From NCBI GenBank assembly GCA_964016885.1, contig OZ024742.1, positions 119,536,001 to 119,600,000 of the forward strand: a stretch of 64,000 bases of DNA. Reading direction: 5' to 3'. This DNA is from Eledone cirrhosa. Its lineage: Eukaryota. Under the pieces are notes generated by a model. It saw only the letters and a program-made list of their open reading frames with translations, was not told the DNA's origin and did not search any database. The first letter of the stretch is position 1. The number at the start of each line of letters is the position of its first letter. Of this stretch, positions 50,700 to 62,128 are shown one piece after another. The translations under genes and the position numbers were made by a program.

Positions 50700-51045
50700 C
50701 GGTGGACAGGATGGAGAAGACATTGCCCCGAGGATGGCGAGGGAGACGCGCTGGAACAGCTACTCCACCCCGAGGGACTCGCACTTGCGGATAGCCAACT
50801 CCGCCCTAATAGCAGTGAGTAGGGATGTGATCCGGGAGCCAAGAGCGCCGGAAGTCTCCACTGTCACAGGCTCACCCACAAACCTACCAGAGAGCGGCCG
50901 ATTTTTTCACAGTGTGCTCTCTTGGGTCTGACGAGCAGCGAAACCTAGGTTGATAGTCGTACGCACCAGGTTACTGCCGGAGAAGGTGTCGCATCATGTG
51001 GCATCCCAGATGAGGGACCTACCTCCGCGGAACGGGAAGATTGTC
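50700..51045 (-). mobile_element. CRE-type LINE extreme 3' fragment
   Basis: Minus strand gives FPFRGGRSLIWDA, then VETSGALG; homologous to 520-840. Confidence 0.7.
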
Positions 51046-51164
51046 TCAGGGAGTTGCTCTCAGTAATACACTAGTATCGATAAAATAAGTATCAGTAATA
51101 CACCAGTATTGATTTGATGATCTGTATCCCTTCCCCACAGATAACTGTCACGTAATTTGTTAAA

Positions 51165-52110
51165 AATAATGGTTTCTAGTAAAGGCACAAGGCCAGTAAT
51201 TTGGTGGGAGGGGAAAGTCGATTAAATCGACCCAGTTCATTACTGGTACTTTATTTTATCGACCCCGTAAGGATGAAAGGCAAAGCTAACCTTGACGGGA
51301 TTTGAACTCAGAACGTAAAGGGCCGTAATCCACCGCCCTTAATTTGTTAAAAATAATGAAAATGCTTATCCTCTGATAGATCATGCATTTTATGTAAGTC
51401 GCATTAAAACAGTATTATTGGATTGGCAGAATCGGTAGAGTGTCGGACAGCATGCTTTGCAGCATAGAGTTACAACTTTTTACGTTCTGAGTTCAAATCC
51501 CACCGAGGTTAACTTTGCCTTTCATCCTTACGAGGTCCATAAAATAAAGTACCAATCACGCACTGGGGTCGATTTAATCGACTTTACCCTCCCCCAAGTG
51601 TTGGCTTTGTGTCTAAATCAGAAACCATTATTAACTGTTTTTAGGGCGATGGATTGGCAGTATCGCTAGAGCGTCGCACAACATGCTTTGTGGCATATAG
51701 TGACGTCCCTTTACGTTCTAGGTTCAAATCCCGCCGAGGTTAGTTTTGCCTTTCATCTTTACAGGATCGATAAAATAAAGCACCAGTAATACACTGGGGT
51801 CGATTTAATCGACTTTTCCCTCTCCCAAAATCGCTGGCCTTGTGCCTATAATAGAAATGATTATTAACTGGTTTTTAATTACCTTTAACTTTCCAGGTTA
51901 ATATGTTTAGATTGACAACATTGGTATTTCTTCTGCCTCTTTCTGATTTCAAATCCCTCCTCCAAGGTCAACTTTGCATTTCATCTGTATTGGGGTCAAT
52001 AAAATATATTGCCAGTCAAGTACTGGTGGTGGTGGTGGTGGTGGTGGGGATTAATCAACATTGTCCTTACTCCAAATTTACTGGCCTTGTACCTAGATCT
52101 GAAATCATTA
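51165..52110. mobile_element. Cluster of family-1 SINEs (minus 51165-51335; plus about 51418-51630, 51645-51865 and 51950-52110)
   Basis: Family consensus repeated; the minus copy has TSD TAATTTGTTAAAAATAATG. Confidence 0.8.
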
Positions 52111-52417
52111 TGTCTGGATTGGATTGGCAGATACTTTGTGAGATGTAGTTACGTTCTTTAACGATCCGAGTTAAAATTCCCGTCGTTCACCCTTCCAGAT
52201 CGATAGAATAAGTATCAGTTGGTATAATTCATTATAGCTCTTCCTCAACGTCGTGGCCTTGTGCCTATGTTCATCATCATCATCATCCTCATTGTGACCA
52301 CAATCGAACATTCCTGACAAAGTCTCTCCACATTTCGCGATTTTCCATTCCTCCTGGCAACAACTCACGACTTTCAATTGTTGCTGGCAACTACTCCTTA
52401 CTGAGAATGTTCTAACA

Positions 52418-52712
52418 CAGGGGTGTGCAACGTATTCCATTGGCAGGCCACTTTTGAACATTGGAACAACTATTGGGGCCATTAATATTTATTAAGCACT
52501 ATTCCAAAGATTCACCACAACTTCTTTCCATAACATGGAACTGGGAAATTATAACACACATAACCCTATCTATGAAGCCCTTTAGTATAGGTCAACTAAC
52601 AAAATTGTATTACGGTTACGAAAGAAATTCTAAATAAGCCTACAAGGTACGCCACTCTGACTGGTCTTGTGGGCCGGATTGTGGCCCGCGGGCTGCCTGT
52701 TGCACACCCCTG
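52418..52712. mobile_element. hAT (Charlie-like) MITE
   Basis: TIR CAGGGGTGTGCAAC / GTTGCACACCCCTG; 8-bp TSD TTCTAACA / TTCTAGCA. Confidence 0.85.
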
Positions 52713-53879
52713 TTCTAGCAGGTTTTCCTTTACTGCGTCTCCCGTGAGTTGGTTCCTACAACAATAACTTATGTATAACTTCCTATGTTAGAAATCAATA
52801 TTTCTGGTTGTCAGAGCTAAATTGTTATTTTGATTTTATCCCTCAATAATCTGATTTCAAATCCTGTCGGAACTGATTTCGCCATTTATTTCTTTGGATT
52901 CTGTAAAATAAGCACAGGTGAAATATTGGAAGCGATCCAATCAACTGTATCCCTCCAGTTGAAAAGGAATTGTTCTTGTGCCTATACAAGACGCCAATGT
53001 GGTTACTTTTTAACCTGTTAGGAAAAGCAGCTAAATCTCCCTCAAATCACACCATAATGTCTCAAGAAAAGGAAATTACGCATAGGTACCACTAAAAATG
53101 TGATTGTCGTAACCAGATGGTCTTTGACCAAACGTTTGCTCAATTCAGGCTTGTCTCAAGGTTAAACAACAATAGCATCAATTAAAGCATGGCTAGTTAT
53201 GTTTTGCCACCGTATTCGCCTTTCTTTTTAATGATTTTTACATCTACAAATGCATTCCTTCACAATTTTCTAGCAGCTATAGAGAAGATTGACATTTAGC
53301 TCCCAATGAAATCATTAAGTTATCAAAAATAACCATACATAAACTATCGTTCTTTTCAACAGATCTATGCAGTTTAATATGTATATAATTTGGTTATAAT
53401 ATCAATTGATACCTAATTATATGCTGTGTATGTTCTTCATACGTCATATAGAACACATTTATTTAGAGAGTCGGGTATAAATGATTGAAATATTCTTGAT
53501 GTAATTTCCACATGAAATTATAAACATTTAGATCGTGCACACATTCACACACATTGTATATGATGTTTAGTGTCACTTTATGTGTATGTGCGTTTAAATA
53601 CACACTCACACAAACACATATACATAAAAAGGCTTGCTGCACACACAAGCCGAGACTGCTTGGCGCCGCGGTAGGGATTTTACCTATCTCTATATCCACT
53701 CTGCATCTCCCTATGCATTGAATACTCTCATTATTAGTGGGTTCTCCGGTCACAGCATAGAGAGTGGCCAATAAAATATGCCACTGTTATCTTATATCAC
53801 AAAATTGTGGTCAAACACCGCTACTCCAATTACATGCGTTTGGACTTTGTGAGGGAGCTCTCTCTGGAATGGCTACCTC

Positions 53880-54165
53880 ATGAGCCAAACAGACAGAATC
53901 GAGAAAGCGTTGGCCCAGAAGATGGCGAGGGAGATGCATTGGAATAGTCATTCCATTTGTGGGTGGCTACTTCCACCCCAATAGTAGTGAGTAAGGAGGT
54001 GATCCTGGGACCAAGAACATCGGAAGCCTCTATTGCTAAATGTTCAACTGCAAACCTATTGGAAAGCGGCCGATAGTTCGACAGCTTGCCATCTTTGGTT
54101 TGCCTGCCTGTGAAGCCTGAGACTGTCGCCGAATGTACAAGGTTACCGCTGAAGAAGGTGTTACT
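53880..54165 (-). mobile_element. CRE-type LINE extreme 3' fragment
   Basis: TFFSGNL..KLSNYRPLSNRF..LAIEASDVLGP. Confidence 0.65.
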
Positions 54166-54460
54166 GCATAAATTAGAAATGCACGTTTTCTTAGATGTCA
54201 TATCAACGATAGAGAGGTGTATGAAGATGCTGAACCATCATTTCGAACATTGACATGTCAACAGAAACTAATGTTCAGCAATATTAGATAAGTATTCAGC
54301 AAGTTCAGCAAAGTAAAAAAATTGAATCGTTGTTGAAGCCCTGTTGCAGTTCTTAAGCCTGCTAATGATATATATCCACCCTCTCTCGACTCAGTCGCTG
54401 CTCAGTCCACTTCCACAACACTCAAGCTAATCTGACATGTGTATGTATGCATGCTTGTTA

Positions 54461-55995
54461 TCTCTTAATTTCGAGTATATTTTTTTGCCCGGCCACCTTC
54501 CCGGTGGCAAGGTTGTAAAAGAAAAGAAATTGTCATCCCTTGAATCGCAATAATGTTTTGTAAATTTTGAAGGTGCCAGCTATCGCAGCCATTTGTAGAC
54601 TATGAATTAGGGAGCTACGCTCTTTGTCCGCAAATCCAAGTTCAGTCATTTCTTGTATGTTTATCTCTTTCTCTTAATTTCGAGTACATTTTTTTTGACC
54701 GGCCACCTTCCTGGTGGCAAGGTTGTAAAAGAAAAGAAATTGTCAACCCTTGAATCGCAAGAATGTTTTGCAAATTTTGAAGGTGCCAGCTATCGCAGCC
54801 ATTTGTAGACTATGAATTAGGGAGCTGCGCTCTTTGTCCGCAAATCCAAGTTCAGTCATACTTTCGTCCAAGCGGGTTGGTATATAACCCGTAGCTCCAA
54901 TAATGATGGGTATGAAGCTAAAGGTGTATCTTGGATACTGGATTTGTAAACTCCTCATCAATGGTCCGTAGATGTCCTCCTTCTCCTGTATTTTTCTGAC
55001 AACGTTTATATCAAGTGGGCAGCTGATCTCCACAACAGAACACATTTTCAATGTGTGGTCCCAAACAACAATATCAAGCGGTTGTGCTTTAATTTGGTGG
55101 CAGTTTTTATTTTCAGGTTCTACCAGTATTCCTTAGTGCCAACTGTCTCAATATATTCTTCCTCGTTTGTTGTTAATTTTGTTTTCCGAAGTGCGTTCCA
55201 GATGGTTCTAGCTATCCCACCGTGTCTCATGGGGTAGTAGCGAGATGACATTCTTTTGCAGCTGGCAACAATGTGGCTTACATCTTCGATCTTTGTTTTA
55301 CATAGCCTACATTTATTGTCAGCTGATGGCCCTCCTCTTTTGTGCAGCAGATATTTGGTAGGGAGTTCTTGTTCCTGTATTGCATAGAGATATCCCTCAA
55401 GGTGTGATGTCATAAACTTGTCGGAACTCCATGCCAGGCTTTTTGAGTGGTTTATCCCCTCTATGGTCTGTGTTTTACGTCTCAAGTATCCATGCACAAC
55501 CTTTTCTGTAAATTGGTCAATTTTTTTTATCTTGTTTGAACATTGAATAGGATCTTCCGATTTCTCTGGGTGAAAGATTTATATCAGGCTTTATTCCATA
55601 TCTCTCCTCCAGATCAGTGGCTATCCTAATGATTTTTTTTTCCTGCTCATAAACCTGGGCAAGGTGGTTGCCAACCTTTTTCCTCTGTTGAAGATGTTGC
55701 TTCAGTGTTACTATCCTGGTTTCATATGATGTTAATATGGATTTTAGACCCCGGCCACCTTCCTTGCGTGAGAAGTATAGCCTATCCACACCACCATTGA
55801 TGTTAAAGTTCCCAGTAATACTGAGAAGTTTTCGAGTTCTAACATCCATCTCACTTAGTTCTTGCAATGACCAGTTCAGCAGGCCAAATGTTGGCGTTAG
55901 AATTGGCACAGCATAAGTATTGTGGGCAATGTATTTGTTGTACGCTGACAGTTCTGATGACCATATTTTCTTTACTCTTCTGAGGTATTCGGTTC
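54461..55995 (-). mobile_element. Second R4/Dong-like LINE lineage: 3' 1.3 kb (54670-55995) plus a tandem 190-bp 3' copy (54461-54649)
   Basis: EYLRRVKKIWSSELSA, RLYFSRKEGGRGL, AIQEQELPTKY, CRLC..EDVSHIVASC, VVEISCP; (TGTA)n at the junctions. Confidence 0.88.
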
Positions 55996-56027
55996 TGTAT
56001 GTATGTATGTATGTATGTATATACATA

Positions 56028-56112
56028 TGATGGCTGCCAACTCGTTTTCGAGTACGGCCACTACTTTATATCCATGTAGGAGAACCCCTACTGATGCGCT
56101 GAACGAGTGTGA
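56028..56112 (-). mobile_element. 3' fragment of a type B element
   Basis: Reverse complement of 41750-41836. Confidence 0.8.
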
Positions 56113-56119
56113 CTTTTTA

Positions 56120-56378
56120 TATATATATGTATATGTATATGTATATATATATATATATGTATATATGTATATGTATATATGTATATGTATGTATGTGTAT
56201 ATATATGTGTGTATATGTATATATATATATATATGTATGTCGATACTCATCTTTTTCCATTTCTCCGAGGGTTCTTAACCTACTATCAGGCTAAATAATT
56301 TCTTTAATTTCTTTAGTCAAAATACTGTGATAGCTAACATTTCTAATAATATATATGTATATATATGTATATATGTAT

Positions 56379-56409
<31 letters not shown>

Positions 56410-56750
56410 TATATATATGTATGTATATATATGTATATGTATATATGTATGTATATATATATGTATATGTATATATATGTGTGTATATATATATATGTGT
56501 ATATATATGTATATATATATATGTGTGTATATATATGTATATATGTATGTATATATGTGCATATGTGTATATATATGTGTGTATATATATGTGTATATGT
56601 GTGTATATGTATATGTATATATATGTATATATGTATATGTATATGTATATATATATGTATATATATGTATATATATATATGTATATATATATGTATATGT
56701 ATGTATATATATATGTATATATATGTATACATATATATATGTATATAATA
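56120..56750. repeat. (TA)n/(TATG)n/(TATATG)n microsatellite blocks
   Basis: Direct reading; unique spacer at about 56240-56345. Confidence 0.9.
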
Positions 56751-56865
56751 AAGAATTCATATCTAGTAACATATATATACATACAGATGCATATCAATGC
56801 TAGCAAATATATAGGTTTTTGTCTTAATAACATTGTGGTTCAATGCATGGGGTTGCAGAACAATA

Positions 56866-57166
56866 ATATAAGAGACGTAAAATAAGAAAATTATAAAATT
56901 AACTTACTTACTAAAATATCACTTCCAACTAATTAGTTTCTGGAATGGAGTAAATATATTTTCCGAAGAAGATATATATTTTTTTAATAAATTTCCAGAG
57001 TCCTCGCTTTGCCTGGAAACTTATATGAGAATAGACTTCCCTGACGACGCAATGTTTCTCTGTATCTTCTTCGGAAAATATATTTACTCCATTCCAGAAA
57101 CTAATTAGTTGGAAGTGATATTTTAGTAAGTAAGTTAATTTTATAATTTTCTTATTTTACGTCTCT

Positions 57167-57171
<5 letters not shown>
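56866..57171. repeat. Perfect 109-bp inverted repeat (56866-56974 / 57063-57171) with 88-bp spacer
   Basis: Arms checked base by base as reverse complements; the right arm runs into (TA)n. Confidence 0.92.
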
Positions 57172-57199
<28 letters not shown>

Positions 57200-57256
57200 G
57201 TATATGTATATGAATGTATATATGTGTGGATATATATTTGTATATATATATATCTT

Positions 57257-57750
57257 CCGGGAGAGATGACCCCTTAGCCTTTGTCAAGGCACAATTTTAG
57301 GAGAAGGAAAACTCTGATATAACACCTGCAACTCTGATGGTATCGAATGATGTTGACTTGTTCTTCTTTTTGGTAAATATCATCTTGGTTAAGAGAGTGG
57401 GACTGGCTTTGTGCAGTGCCTTTGCTCATTATAAAAGCTTCACAGCACAGGCATTGCTTTATATCTGGAGATCTCTCTGCACTTGTCGTCACATGGTACA
57501 ATGGGCCCAGCACTATGTGTCAATAATTGTCACATGTGTAGTATTTGTACCAGAGTTTTCAAGTCACTGGCTGGACTTCGTTCAGCGCATCGGTAGGGGT
57601 TCTCCTACATGGATATAAAGTAGTGGCCGTACTCGAAAACGAGTTGGCAGCCACCATGTATGTATGTATGTATGTATGTATGTATGTATGTATGTATGTA
57701 TGTATGTATGTATGTATGTATTATGTATGTATGTATGTATGTATGTACGT
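57257..57750 (+). mobile_element. Type B bipartite RTE-derived element with long (TGTA)n tail
   Basis: Copy of 41420-41836. Confidence 0.8.
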
Positions 57751-58174
57751 ATGTGGGTGTGGGCGTGTGTCTGTGTGTCTGTGTGTCTGTGTGTATGTGT
57801 GTATGTGTGTATGCATGCGTAACCATTGAAGGAGTAGTAGGGGAACCGTCACGACATCTACATATCTTGAGCACTTTAAACCTGGTATAGCCCATCCCCT
57901 CTCCTGGTCTAAGCAGGAGAGAGTGAGTGATAGAAAGAGGAAGCGAGAGAGACATACATCGGAAGAATAGACCTCAGTACTGGACTGCTACTTTTTCTAT
58001 CGATCCCGAAAGGATGAAAGGCAAAGTTGGTCTCGGCGGGATTTGAACTCGGAACTCAGAGAGCTAGAAAAATTAGCACAAAACATTCTTTAGGTTAGGT
58101 TCGTCCACTGGCAGGGATATCAAATAGGTGTAATTGGAGGGAGGCCTTCACGTCATCATATATATCGTTTGCAC

Positions 58175-58472
58175 CAGGGGTTCTTAACCTGGTCCATGTG
58201 GACCACTAGTGGTCCACAGAAAATTTTCTAACATGCATTTGACTTAAAGCGCTGTTCTTATTCTTCACATATGTACGACTTCAGCTGTTTATTTGCGTAG
58301 ATTTTTAGGCACTGCGACATGATAATAGCATTTTCTAATTCATTGAAAAAAAACATCTACTGATGCTTATAAGTAGCAGTTCTATTACAAAAGATTTTAA
58401 AGTTTAGGTGGTCCACAGGAAAAGATTACTTATTTTGGTGGTCCACAGCGAAAAAAAGGTTGAGAACCCCTG
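58175..58472. mobile_element. hAT MITE
   Basis: TIR CAGGGGTTCTTAACCT / AGGTTGAGAACCCCTG; 8-bp TSD GTTTGCAC / GTTTACAC. Confidence 0.85.
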
Positions 58473-58511
58473 GTTTACACCATAAAACGCTCAACAGTTA
58501 GGAGCTATTAT

Positions 58512-59438
58512 CTTACGGTAAACATGCTGACTAAACGGAGTTGCGTACGCAACGCACCAATGAGTAAATAATGATGCAATCACTTCAAGCACTCAACGTA
58601 ATGTTTTTTCTTCCAAATATGATCTGTTAGTCGGTGACGGAGTAATGTGAAGTTCGGTGTAGATGTTAAAAAGTCTTTTAATAATAAAGCTTTATTAACA
58701 ATTTTTAATTAATTTATCTATTCAGCCAACGGCCAATGTGTTATCCCAACATAAAGAGGTGGTAGTAGGAGGGGTGATCGAAGCACTCCATCACAGGGTT
58801 CCGGCTTGTTGGTGCTGGCGTCTACTGGACGCTAGACTAGCAGTAAACTAATACATTTAGGCTGAATTGAACTCTATGGCCTTGGTTTCTCACCGGCGGT
58901 GGTGAGGGAGGCTTGGTATGTCGGATAGGCTTGACTATGCAGCCCAGGCTGCTGGCATAGAATTGGGTGGTAGTCGAATGGCCGGCCAAACCTCCACCTC
59001 TGCGCATGCGCAATGGTTATTACAGAATGATGCTGTCTGATGAGATCGAGTGACCGGTTACATGATTCAACAATCACATAGCTACGATCATCATTGAAAT
59101 ATGTATCACAGGTTTGTTAATAAAGGACTCTTTAACATCTACACCGAACTTCACATTTTCCTTATTCTACATATATTCCGTCACTGACTAACAAATCATA
59201 TCTGGAAGAAAAAACATGACGTTGAGTGCTTCAGTTGAATTGCATCATTCCCGCCGAGGTTAACTTTGCCTTTCATCCTTATGGGGTCGATAAAATAAAG
59301 TACCAGTAATACACTGGGTAATTGCTGGCCTTGTGCCTAACGTAGAAACAATTATTTACTGATTGGTGCGTTGCATACGCAACTCCATTTGGTCAGCATG
59401 TTTACCGTAAGTATATATATACTTACGGTAAACATGCT

Positions 59439-59442
<4 letters not shown>
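58512..59442 (+). mobile_element. Penelope-like remnant with about 175-bp inverted arms, a hammerhead-like motif and a SINE inserted in the right arm
   Basis: Arms 58512-58685 and 59115-59411; CTGATGA..GAAA at 59037-59099 followed by AATAAA; truncated SINE 59229-59355. Confidence 0.6.
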
Positions 59443-59519
<77 letters not shown>

Positions 59520-60022
59520 ATACAATAACAGAGATAGCTTAAAGCTAAACTCTGACTGGCAACCATCTCACTCAACAAACATTAGGTTATATGTTAGTAT
59601 AAACCCAATTTAAGTGTTTGGGGTGCTAACTATATGTATTATGTGGAAAGCCAGTTGTATTATTTTATGAGATATAATTAAAGTTAAAATATATCTCTCT
59701 TTCCAAACAGTTGTTTCATTATAAGTTTTCTACAAATTAGGAGAATGTTTCCAGTTTACGTAGAAGCCTAACATATATTCATGTAAGAATATATTTAGGT
59801 GGGCGTTTATAAATCATCAGTGGAAGCCCATTAAACTTTGATATAATAAAAAAATTCTTACTGCAGTTAAAAATCGTGTCTGCTAAGCTGCTCTCTCACG
59901 CATCGAATGACCGCCAAATTTGAAATTCCAGCAGTTTTTGACTGAGGAAGTATTATAGCGCCACGAAGCAGGAAGGGGAGACAACCAATGCACGAGAAAA
60001 GAAAAAATAATAAAAAATATTA

Positions 60023-60071
<49 letters not shown>

Positions 60072-60262
60072 GGGGGGAATTATTATAGCAGTATTCGGTT
60101 TCCGTTAGTATAATAAGTTATTTTAGAGTGATTATGTAACAAGAAACTGAAGCCGCTTACAGTATTGTTTTACTCAATGGTCGAATTATTTCGTTTGGTA
60201 AATCCTGTGGTAGTTCCACTAGAGGTTCAAACTGTAACATTTTACGGAGTATATATAGAAAT

Positions 60263-60564
60263 TTACAAAAAAATATTATTCAAAACACCATATTCCAGAA
60301 GAGTAAGAACATCATTTATTGCATAACACTGACACGTGTTTCTTTGTATGTGTTACATATTAGTCTAGGATCGCTACTATTTGACTCCTCCAAACAAATT
60401 AAATCGAATCAAACTACTTTAAAAATCATATGTAGACACAACAAATTTTCAAAGCGATCCGAGACTGATTATGTAACACATACAAAGAAACACGTGTCAG
60501 TGTTATGCAATAAATGATGTTCTACCTTTTCTGGAATGTGGTGTTTTGAATAATAATTTTGTAA
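60263..60564. repeat. Imperfect inverted repeat of about 110 bp (60263-60375 / 60453-60564)
   Basis: AGAACATCATTTATTGCATAACACTGACACGTGTTTCTTTGTATGTGTTACATA is mirrored exactly in the right arm. Confidence 0.85.
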
Positions 60565-60599
60565 CCCCCCCCCCCTCTATATATATATATATATATAGT

Positions 60600-60640
60600 C
60601 CGAGCTGAGGATCTCCATAAGGTGAAACAATTGTTCTCGG
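60600..60640 (+). ncRNA. Minimal type I hammerhead ribozyme-like motif
   Basis: CCGAG-CTGAGGA-(TCTCCATAAGGT)-GAAA-CAATTG-TT-CTCGG: stem I CCGAG/CTCGG, palindromic stem III, GUU triplet; stem II is weak. Confidence 0.6.
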
Positions 60641-60692
60641 TATGGTTAACTAACTGTTGTATGACTACTTATATATATATATATATATATGT

Positions 60693-60789
<97 letters not shown>

Positions 60790-61350
60790 ATACCGTAATA
60801 GACTAAACAATAGATTTTCTCATGGGTTTGTCCCTCATGACAGTTGCTAGGTTCTGAATGTGAACACCAGCATACTTGGCTTTGGCATTTGGATATGAGA
60901 GCTTGCTGCGACCCCCTTCGTCTTGAGACCAAAGAGGACACATCTTCATTTGAGGCCCGATGACAATGGCCAACGTACAACATCATTTATATGCGGCAGA
61001 TCATTATATATCTCTCAGAGATTCTTGTGTTTCCTCTAGCTTATGTTTTGAGAGTGTCTGAGAACTGATGTATAGGTTCCGCCAAGACATCTGTGTTGCT
61101 TGGCTGAGAGTGTCATAGAATAGTATTGGCTGGATTGTGGTTTGGAAGAGCCTGACTTTGCAGGAGTTAGGAAGATTGAAGCACCAGATATCTTGAGCTT
61201 TAAGGATGAATTCAAATAAAGAGTTGTATTCCATCTTGCTTTGATTTAGGTGAAGACCGATGAGGGCAGCTATTTCTTGGAGTGAAATAAGATGTTGGGC
61301 ATTCTCTATGCAGTCTATGCAGACGAATCGAACATTACAATTAATGTTCG
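60790..61350 (-). mobile_element. Decayed RTE-like LINE 3' remnant
   Basis: ENAQHL..L..IAALIGLHLNQSKMEY and KVRLFQTTIQPILFY. Confidence 0.6.
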
Positions 61351-61422
61351 ATATAACCCATACGTACATATGTGTATGTATATATGTGTGTGTATATATA
61401 TATACATATATATACAGATATG

Positions 61423-61937
61423 TCAGGTCGCTCTCGAGTGCTATTGGTAACATGTAACCTAGTACAACCTGTCTCATGCTCGGGTCGTCGGCGACTAAAC
61501 CAGCAACACCACCAAGCTTGCTTGGTGAGGAGGGTGATAGTTGGACATCCTGCGGGATGAAATACAAGACCCGGCGAAGGGCGAGGGAACTCAGCAGAGT
61601 CAACGGCCATCCAAATAGTACTTTTTCATCTGGCAGCGAAAGGCCCAGTTGTTGTCACAACACCTTTCTAGGAGAGTGAAACTCTAAAAAAAAACCTACG
61701 GCTTCGGAAGCATCCGAAGATGTTGACCAGTTCTTTTCGGGTAGTGTTTTTGATGCTCAGAGAGTGGGATTGGTCGAGTGCAAGGCCTTTCCCCACTTAA
61801 AAAACCTTCAAAGCACAGGCATTGCTTGTTCAGGTTTCATGTTACAGGTTCGTGTGGCTGGTCGTAGCCTAAAAAGCACAAAAACTCTATAATCTGACAA
61901 GCGATTGCAATACTCTTAGCAGAGTCCGCAGCGATCA
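61423..61937 (+). mobile_element. Type A bipartite RTE-derived element
   Basis: Third copy of 41855-42388. Confidence 0.8.
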
Positions 61938-61986
61938 TATACATATATGTATATATATATACATATATGTGTGTACGTATGCATAC

Positions 61987-62018
<32 letters not shown>

Positions 62019-62024
<6 letters not shown>

Positions 62025-62079
62025 TGCTCCCTCGTTATCGAGTATGGCCATTGTACGAGGAAAAAAACAAAAAAAAAAC

Positions 62080-62128
<49 letters not shown>

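Noticed and set aside
61004-61603. 199-aa minus ORF
   Set aside because: A chimera of an antisense type A element, a microsatellite and a decayed LINE
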